Shown here: in pieces, positions 60,478 through 64,000 of the stretch
Layout: each line of letters opens with the position of its first letter
How positions within the stretch are numbered: the stretch's first letter is position 1
IMG/VR virus record: IMGVR_UViG_3300025128_000022
Direction: 5' to 3' (one strand)
Length of the DNA: 64,000 nt
DNA from: an uncultured virus (IMG/VR IMGVR_UViG_3300025128_000022)
Taxonomy: Duplodnaviria > Heunggongvirae > Uroviricota > Caudoviricetes
Translations under genes and position numbers: made by a program
Notes under the pieces: model-generated
The model's database searches: none
What the model was told of the DNA's origin: nothing
The model's input: the letters and a program-made list of their open reading frames with translations, nothing else

Positions 60478-60502
60478 AATGTTTACATTTTTATTTAATA
60501 AA

Positions 60503-60553
60503 TCCGTTTCATCCTTTCGGAATCATCAGGTGTGATACACATCACACTACGGA
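60503..60553 (-). ncRNA. Type III hammerhead ribozyme HH1
   Basis: UCC-GUA^-GUGUGA[UGUGUA]UCACAC-CUGAUGA-UUCC[GAAA]GGAU-GAAA-CGGA. Confidence 0.92.
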
Positions 60554-60576
60554 GGGGTAATGAACCCCCCTGTGTA

Positions 60577-60819
60577 TTAACTCACTCTCTCATATTCGTC
60601 AAGCCACTCATTAATGTCGTCTTCGTCTAACCAATAGTTAGTAAATTCGTTACCTTCTAAAATCAATTCTTTGGCTATGTCCATCATCCCATATTTATCA
60701 TAGAATAATTCTGAATCAGGGTCTTCAATTTCTGTCTGACCTATTTCGTGTAGCCAACCTATTTCATAACCATCATTGGTTGGTAGGTAGTCAAACACAT
60801 AGTGTTTAAGTTTTTTCAT
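60577..60819 (-). CDS. Acidic hypothetical early protein
   Basis: 80 aa; AACATTATG start. Confidence 0.7.
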   Translation of the reverse strand: MKKLKHYVFDYLPTNDGYEIGWLHEIGQTEIEDPDSELFYDKYGMMDIAKELILEGNEFTNYWLDEDDINEWLDEYERVS

Positions 60820-60843
60820 AATGTTATTATTATATTATTAAAT

Positions 60844-60892
60844 CTGTTTCATCTTTTTAGAATCATCAGCGATAGCACACACTATCGAACAG
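60844..60892 (-). ncRNA. Type III hammerhead ribozyme HH2
   Basis: CU-GUU^-CGAUAG[UGUGUG]CUAUCG-CUGAUGA-UUCU[AAAA]AGAU-GAAA-CAG. Confidence 0.88.
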
Positions 60893-60919
60893 GAGCAGTT
60901 TTAAATCGTACTCAGGATT
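60893..60919 (-). ncRNA. Recurring H-type pseudoknot motif (copy B)
   Basis: AAUC-CUGAGUAC-GAUU-UAAAAC-UGCUC; GAGUA pairs with UGCUC. Confidence 0.6.
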
Positions 60920-60931
60920 GTCTGACTGCGT

Positions 60932-61339
60932 CTACTCTATGCAGTATCCGTCATCATCGACCTTAATCTCGTGGCTGTCAGAGTGTCCGTTGACTAGCTC
61001 TGCGAGGGTTTCATTGTCGATATCATCAATCATATCATCGGTTAAAATATCGGATGAGATAGTGGTATTAAAAAGCATACCATCCTCAAACATACTTTGA
61101 ACCTCTGACATCATCTCATATTCATCGGTGAACAGCTCATCGCAAGGGTAATAAGCTCCCTTATCTGCGTCTCTTCTGTCGGTGATTATGTAGATGTCAA
61201 ATCCATCTTTTGAGGTTTCCAAAAGGATGTGAATCTCTGCTCCTGATTCATAAGGGGTTTCGATTACACTTCCAAATACATCTGTTAGGATGGACTCGAT
61301 ACCCATCTCTCTTAATTCAGTTATTGTTAATTTCTCCAT
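60932..61339 (-). CDS. Highly acidic hypothetical early protein
   Basis: 135 aa, D/E-rich. Confidence 0.7.
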   Translation of the reverse strand: MEKLTITELREMGIESILTDVFGSVIETPYESGAEIHILLETSKDGFDIYIITDRRDADKGAYYPCDELFTDEYEMMSEVQSMFEDGMLFNTTISSDILTDDMIDDIDNETLAELVNGHSDSHEIKVDDDGYCIE

Positions 61340-61340
61340 T

Positions 61341-61574
61341 TTAGTTTTTGTTTAAGTTAGACATTCTTTCTTTGTGTTCTGCGTACAATAGGGACACTAT
61401 AAGGAACGAACAAAATCCGTATAGACATACACAACCCAACCACACAATAACGCCGGTAAACGAGCCAATATCGGTTTTTAGGATGTGAATGAATAGACTC
61501 CCACATAAAGCTATTATCGGCAAACAAACTAATGCATAGATAATAGACTCTGAATAAATTAAAACTTTTTTCAT
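61341..61574 (-). CDS. Small membrane protein (2 TM)
   Basis: Two hydrophobic helices; AACATTATG start. Confidence 0.7.
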   Translation of the reverse strand: MKKVLIYSESIIYALVCLPIIALCGSLFIHILKTDIGSFTGVIVWLGCVCLYGFCSFLIVSLLYAEHKERMSNLNKN

Positions 61575-61600
61575 AATGTTATAAAGTTAAATTAATATTT

Positions 61601-61649
61601 CTGTTTCGTTCTTTTGAACTCATCAGGCAAGGCACACACCTTGCGACAG
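61601..61649 (-). ncRNA. Type III hammerhead ribozyme HH3
   Basis: CU-GUC^-GCAAGG[UGUGUG]CCUUGC-CUGAUGA-GUUC[AAAA]GAAC-GAAA-CAG; canonical core. Confidence 0.95.
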
Positions 61650-61672
61650 GGGAGCGGTCAGCTCCCTGTGGT

Positions 61673-61921
61673 CTACTTATCTTCAAGCGTTACGACTGCA
61701 TCCGGCTTTGATTTTGTCAGAACCTTGTGCATCTTGTTGAAGGTGTTCAGTTTTGAAACTACTTTCATCAATGCTCTAAACTGATTGGTATTCAGGTCTA
61801 ATTGCCCAAGCTCGATGGTCTTTAGTTGCGTAATCGTGTTGTCTAATTCATCAGCGTTGAACTCAACCTGTACCGGCTCACTATACTTGTAGCTGTTAAA
61901 ATACTTGTCATTCGTTTTCAT
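61673..61921 (-). CDS. Hypothetical early protein
   Basis: 82 aa; AACATTATG start. Confidence 0.7.
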   Translation of the reverse strand: MKTNDKYFNSYKYSEPVQVEFNADELDNTITQLKTIELGQLDLNTNQFRALMKVVSKLNTFNKMHKVLTKSKPDAVVTLEDK

Positions 61922-61950
61922 AATGTTTGTTGTTTAAGTTAGTAATATTT

Positions 61951-62175
61951 TTATCTTTCTTCGTACTCTTTAAAATCTATGCCAATAGATTCGCATAAAA
62001 ATTTCTCTTCAAACCAAAAAAGGTCGTTTATTTCGCTCTCGGTTGGTGGCTTTTCGTGATATAAATCCTCAATCGCAAATTGAATTTCTTTTAATTCATT
62101 ATAAGTAAATTCGTGTTGCTTTGCTCCGCTCCAAAATTTAAAGCTCGTTAAATCTAAATCTTTAGTGTAATACAT
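61951..62175 (-). CDS. Hypothetical early protein (MYYTKDLDL...)
   Basis: Start reassigned to ATG 62175 (AACATTATG); track start 62232 lies inside HH4. Confidence 0.7.
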   Translation of the reverse strand: MYYTKDLDLTSFKFWSGAKQHEFTYNELKEIQFAIEDLYHEKPPTESEINDLFWFEEKFLCESIGIDFKEYEER

Positions 62176-62198
62176 AATGTTTGTTATTAAATTTATAA

Positions 62199-62247
62199 TC
62201 TGTTTCTGCTTTCGCTTCTTCAGGTAAGGCACACACCTTACGACAGA
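62199..62247 (-). ncRNA. Type III hammerhead ribozyme HH4
   Basis: UCU-GUC^-GUAAGG[UGUGUG]CCUUAC-CUGAAGA-AGC[GAAA]GCA-GAAA-CAGA; short stem II. Confidence 0.82.
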
Positions 62248-62277
62248 GAACCTTTTTATCTCGACTTGTTCAGGTCG
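62248..62277 (-). ncRNA. Recurring H-type pseudoknot motif (copy C)
   Basis: CGAC-CUGAACAA-GUCG-AGAUAAAAAG-GUUC; GAAC pairs with GUUC. Confidence 0.6.
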
Positions 62278-62283
62278 GTTTGG

Positions 62284-62346
62284 TTATACTAAAACAATCT
62301 CAAACTCTTGAGAAATGTCTTGTATTGCTATATCATATGCATTCAT
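62284..62346 (-). CDS. Possible 20-aa peptide MNAYDIAIQDISQEFEIVLV
   Basis: ATG with A-rich leader; fills gap before pseudoknot C/HH4. Confidence 0.4.
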   Translation of the reverse strand: MNAYDIAIQDISQEFEIVLV

Positions 62347-62367
62347 AATTTTTGGTTTTATTGGTTA

Positions 62368-62952
62368 TTAAATTCTTTCGATTAATTCTTCTTGCTCTTC
62401 GTACTCATAAAGACAATGATTTATAATCATATCATCACACTTGAAGAGCTTCGCATCTGTGTAACCTCCTCTGACGTCAGCTCCGTTGTGTATCTGTAAC
62501 AACAAGTAAGATTCGCCGTTAATCTCTAGCCATCCACCTTGAAGAGTTTGAGAGAGGTCACTCTCTGCGTTGTAGGTGTTGAAGGTTCTGCCCTCAACGA
62601 CTTCGTTGCCCTCTTTTAAATCGTCCCACGCTTCGAGAGATACTCCCCACGCTTCAGAGTCGCCGTTCCAATCTGTTGCACCTGATTGAATTTCATTAAA
62701 GTTGTTGCAGATATAATCTAGCTCTAGAGCTGAATCTTCACCGGCTAAAAAATGGAAGACTGATACTTCTCTCTGTATCCAATCAGATGAATCTTTTTCT
62801 ATGGTTTCAGGTTGGTCATTCTCGAAATCTGTCAGACTGCGTTTTTGGTTTCTCTGCCAATGTCTCCCGTCAGTCATACCGGAATCTAGCATGTGTTTAC
62901 CTGTTGACTCTGTCAACATTTCGTAAATTAATTGTTTTAAATCTGTGTTCAT
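62368..62952 (-). CDS. First early gene, conserved phage hypothetical protein
   Basis: ESTGKHMLDSG...GRHWQRNQ, FNTYN, QIHNGADVRGGYT. Confidence 0.75.
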   Translation of the reverse strand: MNTDLKQLIYEMLTESTGKHMLDSGMTDGRHWQRNQKRSLTDFENDQPETIEKDSSDWIQREVSVFHFLAGEDSALELDYICNNFNEIQSGATDWNGDSEAWGVSLEAWDDLKEGNEVVEGRTFNTYNAESDLSQTLQGGWLEINGESYLLLQIHNGADVRGGYTDAKLFKCDDMIINHCLYEYEEQEELIERI

Positions 62953-62993
62953 TTTAGTAAAATTTAAGTGCCTTTCGGCTGTTAATAATACAG

Positions 62994-63001
62994 CAAAGAT
63001 A
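62994..63001 (-). promoter_or_regulatory. Bacteroidota -7 element TATCTTTG heading the early operon
   Basis: CAAAGATA on + strand, 41 nt upstream of ATG 62952. Confidence 0.75.
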
Positions 63002-63447
63002 TAAACTTTTTTTTAATTCTCGTATAATTTTAGTTTTATTTTCGTTTAATTTTATTTACTTTATGTTAATAACTATGTAAAGCGTTGATAATGAGCAAGT
63101 TATATGTTGATAATTCACGCAGATTTATTTAATCTTTTTTGATTGGGTTCGGTTGCTCTCTTTATTCTTTGTCTATCTGTTACAAATAATAAATAAATGG
63201 GGGAAGGTATGGAGGGAATCGAGGGGGTTGTGTGGTGTGGTATAAGGGAAGGAGGGGAGGAGGTCAACAGGAGGACAGGACACCGGACAAATTTTGTAAA
63301 AAATCCGAAAGAAAAAAACAAAATCAATAAGGGGGGTCAAAAATAAATTTGACTTTTTTTTTGCGGCACACAAACGCATAACGGGGGGGAGTCTAAACAG
63401 TACATATAACTAAATAAAATTTTTGTATCTTTACAAAAAAAATTATC

Positions 63448-63684
63448 ATGGGCAAACCTTATAAACAATTACAAAGAGATGGAAAGATTTCAAACTTTGT
63501 AGACGGTCTGTATATGCAGAACGGAAGAGAAAAGAATGCAAGACCGGATGGAATGACAGGTATTGCTCAAGCTGCAATGTATAGACAGCAAATGAAAAAG
63601 CAATATAAAATAGATTGTATCGCTGATGGAATAGAGAGGGCTAAAATGAGAATGGATGGCGATAAAGATATATATGAGTTTTAG
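63448..63684 (+). CDS. Hypothetical protein
   Basis: 78 aa; TATCTTTA promoter-like element at 63426; terminator downstream. Confidence 0.7.
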   Translation: MGKPYKQLQRDGKISNFVDGLYMQNGREKNARPDGMTGIAQAAMYRQQMKKQYKIDCIADGIERAKMRMDGDKDIYEF

Positions 63685-63710
63685 TTGAAGATGAGTATGT
63701 GTGTTGATTG

Positions 63711-63741
63711 AAAGGGGGATTCTTAGGAGTCCCTTTTTTTT
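63711..63741 (+). terminator. Intrinsic terminator
   Basis: GGGATTC-ttag-GAGTCCC + T run. Confidence 0.75.
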
Positions 63742-63954
63742 ATGTCGTTATTTAACAAAGTTGTGTTGATTTTGTGTTGATTTTAAAATTGATAATTAAT
63801 TATAAATCAATAGTTTATAAAATATAATGTTGAAATGTTGATTTGAAAAAGGAACTGTAGTGAGAAAAAAACATATGCGTTAAATAGAAAAGAGAGAGAG
63901 AGTATAGTGAGCAATTAAAATCAGCATAACAGCATAAAGTATAAATAGTTTTTA

Positions 63955-63962
63955 TATCTTTG
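63955..63962 (+). promoter_or_regulatory. Bacteroidota -7 element TATCTTTG
   Basis: Followed by AT-rich leader running off the window end. Confidence 0.65.
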
Positions 63963-64000
63963 CTTAAATTAAATACACTATAAATGAATCCAATTAAAAT

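Noticed and set aside
62176..62232. N-terminal extension of ORF 61951-62232
   Set aside because: Lies within HH4 and its leader; ATG 62175 has the shared AACATTATG context
60503..62247. Intergenic repeats as CRISPR array, REP elements or terminators
   Set aside because: Separated by whole genes, conserved in structure rather than sequence, no U tracts, and they match the hammerhead core
63115..63379. Short - strand ORFs in the G-rich region, and antisense ORFs nested in long genes throughout
   Set aside because: Low-complexity or shadow frames without start context
1..64000. Alternative genetic code (stop-codon reassignment)
   Set aside because: Long genes are intact in the standard code and TAA, TAG and TGA all serve as stops

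Overview
Near-complete genome of a lytic tailed dsDNA phage, probably podovirus-like. TAnnTTTG promoters and AT-rich, SD-less leaders point to a Bacteroidota (Flavobacteria-type) host. The + strand (1-46.9 kb) carries a 5'-truncated GroEL and GroES, small basic proteins, a lysis module with an outer-membrane barrel-like gene, tail fibres, terminase, portal, scaffold, major capsid, tail/stabilisation proteins and three putative ejection proteins (largest 2937 aa). The - strand (46.9-63 kb) carries nucleases, helicase, primase-helicase, recombination proteins, two DnaA-domain-IV-like proteins and a putative early operon of small acidic proteins. Main discovery: four type III hammerhead ribozymes on the sense strand of the early operon, with covarying stems. 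Each cuts 66-70 nt upstream of a start codon and is preceded by a GC hairpin or a recurring small pseudoknot. This suggests a self-processing polycistronic mRNA. A tRNA-like ncRNA and a candidate antisense RNA against early-gene start codons lie nearby. Product calls rest on motif recognition and gene context; no searches were run.
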